Shown: positions 34,786 to 43,802 of the stretch, piece after piece
Layout of the letters: the number at the start of each line of letters is the position of its first letter
How positions within the stretch are numbered: the stretch's first letter is position 1
NCBI GenBank assembly: GCA_022821735.1
Contig: JAJECZ010000212.1
Span: 1-43,802 of the forward strand
DNA from: Alphaproteobacteria bacterium
GTDB taxonomy: Bacteria > Pseudomonadota > Alphaproteobacteria > Bin95
Direction: 5' to 3'
DNA length: 43,802 nt
Notes under the pieces: generated by a model
What the model was told of the DNA's origin: nothing
Database searches by the model: none
What the model saw: the letters and a program-made list of their open reading frames with translations, nothing else
Made by a program: the position numbers and the translations under genes

Positions 34786-35202
34786 GTGACCTCTTGCAAG
34801 CTCTCGGGAGAAGACGCCGTCGCCTTTGACGCTCCCCTTCTGCTCTATGACGGCGAATGCCCGTTCTGCAGCTTCTACGTCGCGAAATCGGAATTCGAAA
34901 CGCGCATCGGCAAGCCCCTGCGTCTCGTCGACGGCAGGCAGGCCCCCGACCTCGTCGAGCGCATGCGGCGCGACGGGTACGACCTCGAACAGGGCATGAT
35001 CCTCGCCGTCGAGGGACGGCTCTATCACGGCGCAGCGGCGATGACCGCACTCGCGACCATGAGCACCGGCGCCGGCCGCTTCAACAGGGTCATGCGCCGG
35101 GTCGCGTCGAGCCGTGCGCGGGTCCGCCGGCTCTATCCCTGGCTGCGCAGGCTGCGGCGCGCAGCTCTGCTCGCAAAGGGCGCGCCCCGCTTCCGGCGCT
35201 GA
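34786..35202 (+). CDS. DCC-family (DUF393) thiol-disulfide oxidoreductase
   Basis: DxxCxxC motif near the N-terminus (LLLYDGECPFCSFYV). The GTG at 34786, preceded by GGAGG, gives the usual ~138-aa size. The ORF-track start at 34693 is less likely. Confidence 0.8.
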   Translation: MTSCKLSGEDAVAFDAPLLLYDGECPFCSFYVAKSEFETRIGKPLRLVDGRQAPDLVERMRRDGYDLEQGMILAVEGRLYHGAAAMTALATMSTGAGRFNRVMRRVASSRARVRRLYPWLRRLRRAALLAKGAPRFRR

Positions 35203-35216
35203 GCCCGCGAACCGCA

Positions 35217-36782
35217 TCATTCCCGATCCTCGCAGGCGACGCCGCTCCGGGAGCCGCCCGAAACAGCCTCGAACCCGGGCGACCGTTCCCGTTTTCCAAA
35301 TGCGTCCAGCATGGCGCCGAAGCAGGCGGACGTCATCGGCGGATACCAGGTAGGGACCAGCCCTTGCGCCGCCTGTACCCGCTCGGGACGGAGCAGCCAG
35401 GGCTCCTCGCCGAACCAGTTCATGCCGTCGATCGCGGCGAGGTCGAAGGTCGGATCCACCAGGCGCTGAAACGGCTTGCCGTTCACGCTCTTCGAGATGT
35501 CGGCGTAAATGCGCACATCATCGATGCCCTGCCGGGCGAAATCCGCCTTCAGCCAATGCACATAGTGCATCAGCACCTCGGGCTTGGTGAACACCATGAA
35601 CTCCTGAAGCGGATCGAGATGGGATCGCGGTTCGACGATCCATGCCTCGCCGTTCGGTGCGGCCACCAGGAAGCTCCCGCCGCCGTCGTTGATGTAGAGC
35701 ATCATGCGCCAGGAGAATTTCTGGCCCTCTTCGGTCCACCCGACATAGCCTTCGAACAGGCTGTCCCGGAAGGGCAGCCAGATTTGGACTAGGGCGTAGA
35801 GGACGAGGGCAGCCAACGCAGCCGGATGCAACGGACGGAAGGCGGCCCGATCGTCTGCGCTTCCCGCCGGCGCGCCGCCGATGAACGCGACCGCGCGGCC
35901 GATCCGGTCCGGCATTCGTGGTCGCACCACCCGCAGCCTCTTCAGCACGAGGCCGGTCCTGCGCGCCAGCGCCCCGGGCCAGTCGGGGGAGAACAGGATC
36001 GTCGTGGCGGCGATCGTCATCCACGGGAAGACGCCGATAGGGAACAGATGCGCGTTGGCGACGTGGAAGGCGCAGTAGACCAGGAATATCCAGAGCCTCG
36101 TCTTCGACCACAGCAGCAACGGCGCCCCCACCACGTGGAGCAGGATGACCAGCACGGGCGCCGCGAGCGTCACCCAGTGCAGCTCGAACAGGACGGAGAA
36201 GGGCGACCAGGTCCGCTCCAGCATCCAGGTCCTGAGCGGCTCGCCCCGCAGCCAGTCGATCTCGAATTTCGCCAGTCCCGCGAAAATCAGCACAACCTCG
36301 ACCTGGAACTGCAGGATGAGGAGGTTCCAGCGCGGTACCTCTCGCGTGCCCCCGATGCGGCCGAGCCTGCGGTCCACCGACCAGCAGCGGTGCGCGTCGG
36401 TACAGCCGAGCAGCAGCCCGAACAGCGCGATCATGTAGAAATGGTTGAGATAGAGCAGCTGATCGAGAAGGAAGAAGTATATGAAAATCGCGTTGAAGCC
36501 CCAGATGGCGAGACGATAGAAGGCGCCGAAGGCGACGAGCACGCAGCACACCCCGCACAGCGCCCACAGCCAGTGCAGCCAGGGTGCCGGCAAAGGCGGC
36601 ACCTCCAGTCCGAAATAGGGAAACAGGATTTCGCGCTCGACATAGAACCGCGTCAGCCATCCGCCTCTCAGCAGATAGACAACGTCGTGCAGCATCACGA
36701 GGCCGAAGGCGATCCGGAAGACGGCAAGCGACTGTCCGGCCACGGGCCGGACGGCCAGCCTGCGAATGTCTGTCAGCATCAT
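35217..36782 (-). CDS. HTTM-domain membrane protein (vitamin-K-dependent gamma-glutamyl carboxylase-like)
   Basis: N-terminal HTTM signature (..GQSLAVFRIAFGLVMLHDVVYLLRGGWLTRFYVE..ILFPYFGLE...YRLAIWGFNAIFIYFFLLDQLLYLNHFYM..L..LL). It has multiple TM segments and a ~200-aa C-terminal domain. It starts 54 nt downstream of the exporter-2 permease on the same strand. Confidence 0.85.
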   Translation of the reverse strand: MMLTDIRRLAVRPVAGQSLAVFRIAFGLVMLHDVVYLLRGGWLTRFYVEREILFPYFGLEVPPLPAPWLHWLWALCGVCCVLVAFGAFYRLAIWGFNAIFIYFFLLDQLLYLNHFYMIALFGLLLGCTDAHRCWSVDRRLGRIGGTREVPRWNLLILQFQVEVVLIFAGLAKFEIDWLRGEPLRTWMLERTWSPFSVLFELHWVTLAAPVLVILLHVVGAPLLLWSKTRLWIFLVYCAFHVANAHLFPIGVFPWMTIAATTILFSPDWPGALARRTGLVLKRLRVVRPRMPDRIGRAVAFIGGAPAGSADDRAAFRPLHPAALAALVLYALVQIWLPFRDSLFEGYVGWTEEGQKFSWRMMLYINDGGGSFLVAAPNGEAWIVEPRSHLDPLQEFMVFTKPEVLMHYVHWLKADFARQGIDDVRIYADISKSVNGKPFQRLVDPTFDLAAIDGMNWFGEEPWLLRPERVQAAQGLVPTWYPPMTSACFGAMLDAFGKRERSPGFEAVSGGSRSGVACEDRE

Positions 36783-36836
36783 GTCTGCCGCTCCGACTTC
36801 GCCCTTGGCCCCGCGTCTCTCACCGGCCGCTCCACC

Positions 36837-38051
36837 CTATTCGCCCTGCAGCGCGATGATGGGATCCAGGCGCGAAGCCTGGTAGGCGGGCTGGAAGCCG
36901 AAGAAGAGGCCGATCGCGGACGAGACGCCGACGCCGGCAGCGATGGATGTCGGCGAGACGAAGAAATCCCACTCGAAGAAGAACCGGCACAGGCCGTAAG
37001 TCGCTCCTGTTCCGATGAGAATGCCGACCACCCCGCCGCCCATGGTGAGGATCAGGGCCTCGACCAGGAACTGGCTCTGGATGTCGCCGGGGCTCGCGCC
37101 GAGGGCCAGCCGAACGCCGATCTCGCGGCGCCGCTCGGCCACCGAAATCAGCATGACGTTCATCACGCCGAGCCCGCCCACGATCAGGCTGATGCTGCCG
37201 ACCGCGCCGAGCAGCAGGGTCATCACGCCCAGCTGTGCCTCCATGCGCTCGATCAGCTGCTCGGCGCTGGTGACCTGGACGGCGAGGCCCCGGGACCGTT
37301 CGGCGAAGAAGGTCTGGATGTCCGCGGCGGCGTCCGCGTAGTGAACGCCGGGCGCAACCCGGGCGACGATCAGTTCGATCTGCGCGTCCGGACTGAGGCG
37401 CCGGACCGTGGTAACGGGAACGAATACGGATTTGTTCGCGTCCACGGAAAACGGCAGCGCATAGCTCTCGGGCGTGTCGGCCAGTACGCCGATCACGGTG
37501 TAGAGCCAGTCTCCGGCCCCCACGATCTCGCCCACGACCTCGCTTGCGCCGAGCCGGCGCATTTTCTGCGCCACCTCGGCGCCCACCACCGCGAAATAGC
37601 GCCCCCTGTCCAGGTCCGAGACGAAGCGCCCCTCGGCGACCTGCAGCCGGTTTACGCGCGCAAACGACTCCGAAACGCCCTGTACGGAGCCGGAACCGGC
37701 GTCCTTGCCGGCATACAGGAAGGAACCGCTTGACCGTATCCTGGGCGCCGCCTCGGCAATGGTCGAAAGCCTGTCGGCAACGTCGAGCGCATCCTCCAGA
37801 CCGATGGCCGCGTCTTGCGCGGCGGCCGGCTGGTCCTCCGACTTGAGGACCGAAAGTATATCGGTCCCGACAGCCTCGAACTTCTTGCGCGCCTCGGCGG
37901 TGGCGATTTCCCCGGTCGAGATCATCGCGATCACCGACGCGATGCCCATCGCGATGCCGACCAGCCCCAGGATCGTGCGGAGCCTTGCACGCAGGAGGCT
38001 GCGCGCGGCCTCGCGCAGGCTGTCGGTCAATGCGGCTCCCCCGCGCGCCAT
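36837..38051 (-). CDS. ABC transporter permease, MacB/FtsX type (exporter 2)
   Basis: Colinear with the 23964 permease (MARGGAALTDSLREAARSLLRARLRTILG...PAYQASRLDPIIALQGE). The ATG at 38051 is preferred over the longer ORF. Confidence 0.9.
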   Translation of the reverse strand: MARGGAALTDSLREAARSLLRARLRTILGLVGIAMGIASVIAMISTGEIATAEARKKFEAVGTDILSVLKSEDQPAAAQDAAIGLEDALDVADRLSTIAEAAPRIRSSGSFLYAGKDAGSGSVQGVSESFARVNRLQVAEGRFVSDLDRGRYFAVVGAEVAQKMRRLGASEVVGEIVGAGDWLYTVIGVLADTPESYALPFSVDANKSVFVPVTTVRRLSPDAQIELIVARVAPGVHYADAAADIQTFFAERSRGLAVQVTSAEQLIERMEAQLGVMTLLLGAVGSISLIVGGLGVMNVMLISVAERRREIGVRLALGASPGDIQSQFLVEALILTMGGGVVGILIGTGATYGLCRFFFEWDFFVSPTSIAAGVGVSSAIGLFFGFQPAYQASRLDPIIALQGE

Positions 38052-38062
38052 AACGCCGCCGT

Positions 38063-38743
<681 letters not shown>

Positions 38744-38758
38744 TGCGGGCGCCAGCGC

Positions 38759-40531
38759 TCAGTATTCCGGCACCGCGATTTCGTCGCCGGCCTCCAGGCC
38801 TGCAACGATCTCGACGGAACTCATCGTGGTCAGACCGATTTCGACTTCGCGCTCGACCGTTTCGCCGGTGCCCGGATCGACAATCTGCACCCAGTGCGAC
38901 CGCCCGCGACGGTCCACCGCCGCCAGCGGCACCGTGAGCGCCTCCTCGTTGCGGTAGACGACGATCTCCAGCCTGCTGGACATCCCGGCGCGCAGCCGCC
39001 GCTGTTGTGCGTCGTCGAGCGGATCGAGCGTCACCCTGACGGCGAAACGGGACGCTCTCCCCGTCTGTTGCACCGGCTGCGACGAGACCTGGGTCACGGT
39101 CCCCTTCAGCATCAGGTCGCGAAAGGCGTTCCCGGTTACCGATACGGCCTGCCCGACGGCGATCCGGACCACGTCGACTTCGTCCACCTTCGCGGTTGCC
39201 GCCATCCGGGTGAAGTCTCCGATGGTGAGCAGATGGTCGCCCTTACGTACGGCCCGGCCTGCCGCCAGGGCCGGGCCGCGCGACGAGGACGCCATGACCA
39301 CCCCCGACAGCGGTGCATGGATACGCCCCTTGTCGAGGTCTTCCGCCAGCTCCCGCAATGTTTCCTCGGCAGTGCTGAGTTCCAGCGCCGCCTTGTCCTG
39401 CGCCTCCTTGCCGCCCCTGGCCCGGGCCGCCTCGAAGTCTTCGCGGGCTGCCTCGAAATCCAGAAGCTGGCTCTGGTACCGCCGTTCCGCATCCTCGCGC
39501 TCGGAGGTGGCGACCAGGCCCTGTTCCAGCAGGAACGCGGTCCGCTTCAGCTGCCTCTCCTGATCCTCCAGTTCCATGCGCGCACGCGCGAACGACCGCC
39601 TGGCAGCCGCCATCTCGGAGCCGGTCTCCCAGTTTGTGACGGTTTCGAACGCATCCGCCTTTTCGATGTGGGCCACTTGCGCCTCGCGGTGCTTTTGCAC
39701 CGCTTCGGAGGTATCCAGTTCCATCAGGAGACCGCCCTCCTGCACCGCCTGGCCGTGCTCGAAATGCACGGCTTCGATGCGGCTCTCGATCGGACTCGTC
39801 ACCGCAACCGTCCGCCATGGCGCCAGCTTGCCCGACAGCGTGATCGTCTCGCTTACCGGCTGCGGCCCCACGGTCACCGTGTAATGGCCTTCTTCGAGCC
39901 CGGCCCTGGCAGGGGAGACAACGGACTGATCGAGCGAGCCCTCAAAGAGATCGAGCGGCTGCCACACATAGGCGCCGGCGCCCAGGAACGTCCCGATCAC
40001 AACCACCGTCGCGACGATCCGCGCCACCTGGACCTGTCTCAGGGTCGCCGCCAGGGTCCGGTTGCGGTCCTCGATCTGCCGGTACGCCGACTGAAGCTCG
40101 GCGTGCTGCGCCTCCACTGCCTTCGCCATCCGCAGTTCGGTCTCGCGCAGCTCCTTGAGCTCGGTGATGTCGCTGAAGACGGCGATCAGCGCCATCGGCG
40201 CCGACTCGCCGTCCGCGCCCGACCGAAGATAGGATGTCGCTACCGAGAGCGACCGGGCTTCCCCGCCTCTCTCCAGCGCCACCACCCGCCGGCCGCCGTC
40301 GCTCTCCCCGGTCACGGCGTCGAGGATCAGCCCGCTCAGCTCTTCGAAGCCGTCGCGGTCGATGAAGAGTTGGGCGAAGGACCCGCCCACGGCCTCGTCC
40401 GGCGCGAGCCCGAGGATGCGTCCCGCCGCCTCGTTGAACACCGAAACGGTGCCGCCGCGCTCGACCACGATCACGCCGTCGGACAGGTTCTCCAGAACGC
40501 TCCCGCGTATATCGGCGAACCCGCCCGTCAT
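38759..40531 (-). CDS. Membrane-fusion protein with an N-terminal cytoplasmic PAS domain (exporter 2)
   Basis: The ATG at 40531 overlaps the OMF stop (ATGA). MTGGFADIRGSVLENLSDGVIVVERGGTVSVFNEAAGRILGL...IAVFSDITELKELRETELRM, then a TM segment (IVATVVVIGTFLGAGAYVW) and the adaptor domains. The 945-aa ORF extension overlaps the OMF gene and is rejected. Confidence 0.85.
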   Translation of the reverse strand: MTGGFADIRGSVLENLSDGVIVVERGGTVSVFNEAAGRILGLAPDEAVGGSFAQLFIDRDGFEELSGLILDAVTGESDGGRRVVALERGGEARSLSVATSYLRSGADGESAPMALIAVFSDITELKELRETELRMAKAVEAQHAELQSAYRQIEDRNRTLAATLRQVQVARIVATVVVIGTFLGAGAYVWQPLDLFEGSLDQSVVSPARAGLEEGHYTVTVGPQPVSETITLSGKLAPWRTVAVTSPIESRIEAVHFEHGQAVQEGGLLMELDTSEAVQKHREAQVAHIEKADAFETVTNWETGSEMAAARRSFARARMELEDQERQLKRTAFLLEQGLVATSEREDAERRYQSQLLDFEAAREDFEAARARGGKEAQDKAALELSTAEETLRELAEDLDKGRIHAPLSGVVMASSSRGPALAAGRAVRKGDHLLTIGDFTRMAATAKVDEVDVVRIAVGQAVSVTGNAFRDLMLKGTVTQVSSQPVQQTGRASRFAVRVTLDPLDDAQQRRLRAGMSSRLEIVVYRNEEALTVPLAAVDRRGRSHWVQIVDPGTGETVEREVEIGLTTMSSVEIVAGLEAGDEIAVPEY

Positions 40532-41943
40532 TGCCCGACCTGCTCGACCGTTATGCCCCAGGTCTCCAGGGTCGTGCCAAGGGTCCGATCCAGCGCCAGG
40601 AGCGCGTTGTCGTAGCCGGCGAGAGCGTCGACCTCGGCGTTCTGCGCACCGACAAGGTCCTCCTCGAACCGGCTTAGCTGGAAGGTGGACGAGAGACCCT
40701 GCTGCAGCTTGCTCCGCTCGATCGCGAGCTTCTCCTCGGTAAGTTCGCGCGCCCTGCGGGCCAGCTCGATCTGCCGCTGCCCCACCTCTACGTCGTACAC
40801 GGCCTGGCGCACGGCGATGCCCATCGCCTGTCGCAGTTCCTTCAGGCCCCGCTCCGCGCGCCGAACGTCCGCCCGGGCGCTCCTGAGCCCGAGTTCGGGC
40901 GAGCGGTCCCACAGCGGAACGGTCAGCCGCAGGCCGGCGGAATAGTCGATCCCCACATCGCCGCCGGTGCCCCGCGACATGTCCGCATCCAGGGACAGGT
41001 CCCAGAGCTTGCTGTTCTCGGCAACCGTCAGCCCGATCCCGGCGATCTCCCTGACCAGAAGCGCCTGCGCATAGCCGGGCGAGTGCCTGAGCGCCGTCTC
41101 GATGGCCTGCTCGACCGAAAGCGGCCGGCGCGGAACGGACGGCGCCTCGACCGGACGGATCACCGTTGAACTGTCGATGTCGAGAATGTCGATCAGGGAG
41201 AAATTGGCCGAGGTCACGCCGTTCCGGGTCTGCACCAGGCCGAGTTCCCTTCCGGCCACATCCGCCTCGCTCTGGAGCAGTTCGCGGGCCGCCATCTGGC
41301 CCGCCTCGACGAGCTTGCGGTTGATGTCCAGCTGCTCCCGCGCGCGGGCCAGAGAGGCCTCGCCGATCTCGAGCTGGCGCCGCGACTGCACCAGGCCACG
41401 CCAGGCCTGGATCGTGGAAATCACGACGCCCGCGACCGCCTGGCGGAAGGCCAGCACACCGATTCGTTCGCCGATCCGCGCCACCCGCAGCGGCGCCGTA
41501 TCGATGTCCGTCCCGAAGCCGCGCAGCAACGGCTGCGAGAAACCCAGCGAGACCGTGCCCGAAGTGTCCTCCCCGCCGGCAAGCGGCTTCGACCACCGCA
41601 AACTGATCTGCCCCCCGGTGGGAATCCGCAGACCGGTCCCGATGGAAGCATCTGCCGTCATCTGCCCGTCCCTTTGGGCACGCACCGTCGGCGCGATGCT
41701 CCCAATGGGGCTGTAGCGGTCCTCGGCCACCTCGAGCGAGAATTTCTGGATGGCGCGGGAGAGACGGGCGTCGAGCAGGCCCCGGTTGTTCTCCAGCGCC
41801 AGCGCGATCGCGTCATCCAGCGTCAGCGCGAGGCGGCCGGCAGGTACCCCCACCTGGCCCAGTCCCGGCGAAGGCCGCAACACCGTCATCGCCGCTGCCG
41901 GAAGCAGCAGAGCGACTATGGCAACTATGGAAATCCGGGTCAT
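40528..41943 (-). CDS. TolC-family outer-membrane efflux protein (exporter 2)
   Basis: 471 aa with a signal peptide (MTRISIVAIVALLLPAAAMT). It is colinear with the 19754 OMF, at roughly half identity by eye. Confidence 0.9.
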   Translation of the reverse strand: MTRISIVAIVALLLPAAAMTVLRPSPGLGQVGVPAGRLALTLDDAIALALENNRGLLDARLSRAIQKFSLEVAEDRYSPIGSIAPTVRAQRDGQMTADASIGTGLRIPTGGQISLRWSKPLAGGEDTSGTVSLGFSQPLLRGFGTDIDTAPLRVARIGERIGVLAFRQAVAGVVISTIQAWRGLVQSRRQLEIGEASLARAREQLDINRKLVEAGQMAARELLQSEADVAGRELGLVQTRNGVTSANFSLIDILDIDSSTVIRPVEAPSVPRRPLSVEQAIETALRHSPGYAQALLVREIAGIGLTVAENSKLWDLSLDADMSRGTGGDVGIDYSAGLRLTVPLWDRSPELGLRSARADVRRAERGLKELRQAMGIAVRQAVYDVEVGQRQIELARRARELTEEKLAIERSKLQQGLSSTFQLSRFEEDLVGAQNAEVDALAGYDNALLALDRTLGTTLETWGITVEQVGQ

Positions 41944-42413
41944 TCTGGATCGCCGCCGGCGGACCTGGCATCCGCGCCCGCCTCACCCGGCCGACGCTGC
42001 CGCCCAGCTCGGGGGCCGGAGCGCGGATACCGCCGCCCTCGCTGGCGTCAGGCGCCCCTGCAATGCCCCAGCCTCTTTCTCAAGGGCACGCCGTGCGCCG
42101 GTTCGAAAATCGCGGCCTTCCGCTCTACCAACACGCCGGTGTGGTCCTGAGTTCGCCGTCGCAGCTGCGCGCACCGCTCCTGCCCGCCACGCCGGCTCCC
42201 AATGAGGAACCGTACCAAACGGCTGTCCTTGCGACGACATCTCCTGCAACCCCGTCACTCATGTCGCGTCTCCCGTGTCGGGCGTCCCCTCGGTTCCGGC
42301 TGTCGCTGCCAGTGGTGCAAGCTGCCGCAGAAATGCAGCCGGAAGCCGCCCCGCCGTTCAAAAGGCACGCGTGGCCAATTCGTTCAGTTAAAGTGTTGGG
42401 GAACGGACGGCCT

Positions 42414-42437
42414 TGTCGCCCCCCAATTGAGGGAGAT
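42414..42437 (+). repeat. IS-end-like repeat copy
   Basis: tgtcgccccccaattgagggagat. It shares about 70 nt including flanks (..gttcag..aaagt..ccttgtc.cccccaattgagggagattcccaag.aatg) with the copy at 43637. Confidence 0.6.
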
Positions 42438-42797
42438 TCCCAAGGAATGGCGGAAAACGCGCCTTCGCCCGGCGATATCGTACTGAAAGCCGTGATTGCC
42501 TCGAAATCGATGGTCCAACATCGGGGCCAAGTCCAGGTCTCTACGAAGGGAAATACAACGGTTCTCGTCGTATTCCTCTTCGATCCCTCCAGTGGCAATC
42601 CCGGCGACCATGAGCGCCGCAGCCTTGGGATTAGTCGGTCGTTTTTCTGCGCACGGTCCTACCGGTATAACGGGCTCCCAGCCGGCCATGGTAGAGCTTG
42701 CCACGACGTTACAGCGTGAGCCGTCTCTGGCGCTGAAGTCGAGAATCGAAGACCTAGCCAACCAAGAGGCGGCTGGGGCTTTTGTTTGGGGCCGAAA

Positions 42798-43367
42798 TCA
42801 GCAGGAATTCTTCTGTATTTGCTCATCATTGCACAGGACCAGTTTATCGACCTCGTAGCGAAAAACCACCTTCGTCGCATAGACCATCTCGCCGTCGACG
42901 TTAGGGCAAGTGGCGCTGTAGTGACAGCGTTCCCCGGAAATGCTGACGCCAGAGGAGCTGGAGTTCAGTTGGCAATCGTCGAGATCTTCATTTTCCTCAA
43001 ATCCCTCACGACTACTCGCATTTGTCCTCATGTCCGACTTGTTACAGAGATCGGACAGGTCAGAGAAACAGTGAATCCACCGGACGTTGGAGCGCGTCCT
43101 GCCGCGCCTCTTATTCCCGTCATTCAGGTGCCAAGTCTTGTCGCCTGTATCCTTCAAGTCGATTTTCGCGACAACCTTGCCCCAACCCGGACAAGGGTTT
43201 TGCACGCCGAACGGCGACGGGGAGGGCCATTGATTGTTGTCCCACCACGCCGACAGGCACTCTGCATTTCTGTGGCTGACCCGGTCGCTCGATCCGCAAG
43301 CTGCCCAGGCTTCGGAGCCCACAGCGGTCAGAAACAGAGCGATGATCGCGGCCAAAACATAACGCAT
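42798..43367 (-). CDS. Cysteine-rich secreted or lipo-protein, paralog C (189 aa, 10 Cys)
   Basis: RBS ggaggag; MRYVLAAIIALFLTAVGSEAWAAC...; ends ..IQKNSC. It is colinear with A and B, but two Cys positions are replaced (CC to CF; ESC/ASC to ASS). Confidence 0.75.
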   Translation of the reverse strand: MRYVLAAIIALFLTAVGSEAWAACGSSDRVSHRNAECLSAWWDNNQWPSPSPFGVQNPCPGWGKVVAKIDLKDTGDKTWHLNDGNKRRGRTRSNVRWIHCFSDLSDLCNKSDMRTNASSREGFEENEDLDDCQLNSSSSGVSISGERCHYSATCPNVDGEMVYATKVVFRYEVDKLVLCNDEQIQKNSC

Positions 43368-43636
43368 GGTTTGTCTCCTCCAGCTATCGCCTGCGAGGTT
43401 GTTGACATCTGAACCATGGGCGCGCCCATGGCTGCGGAGAGGATCGGGCCGCTCCTTCAGGAAGAGCTTCCGGTACGCCATGCGGACTTTGAGTACCTGA
43501 ACATGGGCGTCATTGAGCGCATGATGCGCCACATCCGGCACGCCGAACTTCAGGTCCCGATGCACGAAGCCCGTCACATGGCAGATGGTGTGCATCGCCG
43601 ATTTGTTCAGAAAAAGTTGTGAATTGGGACGCCCTT

Positions 43637-43659
43637 GTCACCCCCAATTGAGGGAGATT
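43637..43659 (+). repeat. IS-end-like repeat copy followed by subterminal repeats
   Basis: tgtcacccccaattgagggagat, then gattcc...atttgacggcc / gattccc...atttgaccgcg / gttcc...atttgacggcc iterations running to the window end. This looks like the binding-site array of an IS or transposon end continuing beyond 43802. Confidence 0.5.
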
Positions 43660-43802
43660 CCCAAGAAATGATGGGAAGAGTGCGGATTCCTAAGTATTTG
43701 ACGGCCGATTCCCATTTTATTTGACCGCGGTTCCTGGCCATTTGACGGCCGGAGCGGCGCCGGTTTCGGTCTCTCCCGTGTCTTTGTGCAGGTGTCTGCG
43801 TT

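Noticed and set aside
38759-41596. 945-aa version of the exporter-2 adaptor ORF.
   Set aside because: The extra 355 N-terminal residues overlap the OMF gene in another frame and are Arg/Gly-rich. The ATG at 40531 forms an ATGA overlap with the OMF stop and aligns with the start of the paralog.
42384-42761. 125-aa reverse ORF in the spacer between the OMF-2 gene and paralog C.
   Set aside because: It reads through the IR-like repeat and has no RBS or family resemblance. It may be a transposase shard, but I cannot support that.
43416-43622. 68-aa forward ORF, plus the N-terminal extension of the 265-aa reverse ORF, upstream of paralog C.
   Set aside because: The Cys-rich gene has a good RBS and a signal peptide starting at 43367, and the extension lacks any leader logic. 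The forward ORF has no RBS. Either may be a remnant of an unidentified gene.

Overview
High-GC (alphaproteobacterium-like) chromosomal window in two parts. Part one, about 1-12.7 kb, is ordinary core genome. It holds a TRAP transporter (dctPQM), the conserved rnd-kdsD-lptC-lptA-lptB-rpoN-hpf-ptsN cluster, an MFS transporter, a split TPP-dependent decarboxylase, an SDR and a beta-barrel outer-membrane protein. Part two, about 12.8 kb to the end, is an accessory, partly decayed region. It starts with small hypothetical genes, a Uma2 endonuclease, a half MFS gene, a Calx-beta fragment and a LuxR-type regulator.

The rest of part two is a locus I cannot assign to a described system. It contains four paralogous cysteine-rich, signal-peptide-bearing proteins with no family I recognise (18824, 30589, 31973 on +; 43367 on -). 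It also contains two diverged, mirror-oriented operons, each encoding a TolC-like outer-membrane factor, a membrane-fusion protein with an N-terminal cytoplasmic PAS domain, a MacB/LolD-type ATPase and a MacB/FtsX-type permease. Each operon is headed by, or lies next to, one of the Cys-rich genes. Exporter 2 continues into an HTTM (vitamin-K-dependent gamma-carboxylase-like) membrane protein. Next to that sit a DCC-family thiol-disulfide oxidoreductase, a DsbA-family protein and a tandem-STAS protein. Between the exporters lies a 1230-aa secreted FG-GAP/ASPIC protein fused to a vanadium-haloperoxidase/PAP2-like domain.

A roughly 24-nt IS-end-like repeat with a CCCCAATTGGGG palindromic core occurs at least six times. 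It sits a few hundred bp upstream of every Cys-rich gene, and two copies lie beside IS3-family transposase fragments. All homology calls come from reading the translations by eye; no database search was run, and identity levels are rough visual estimates.
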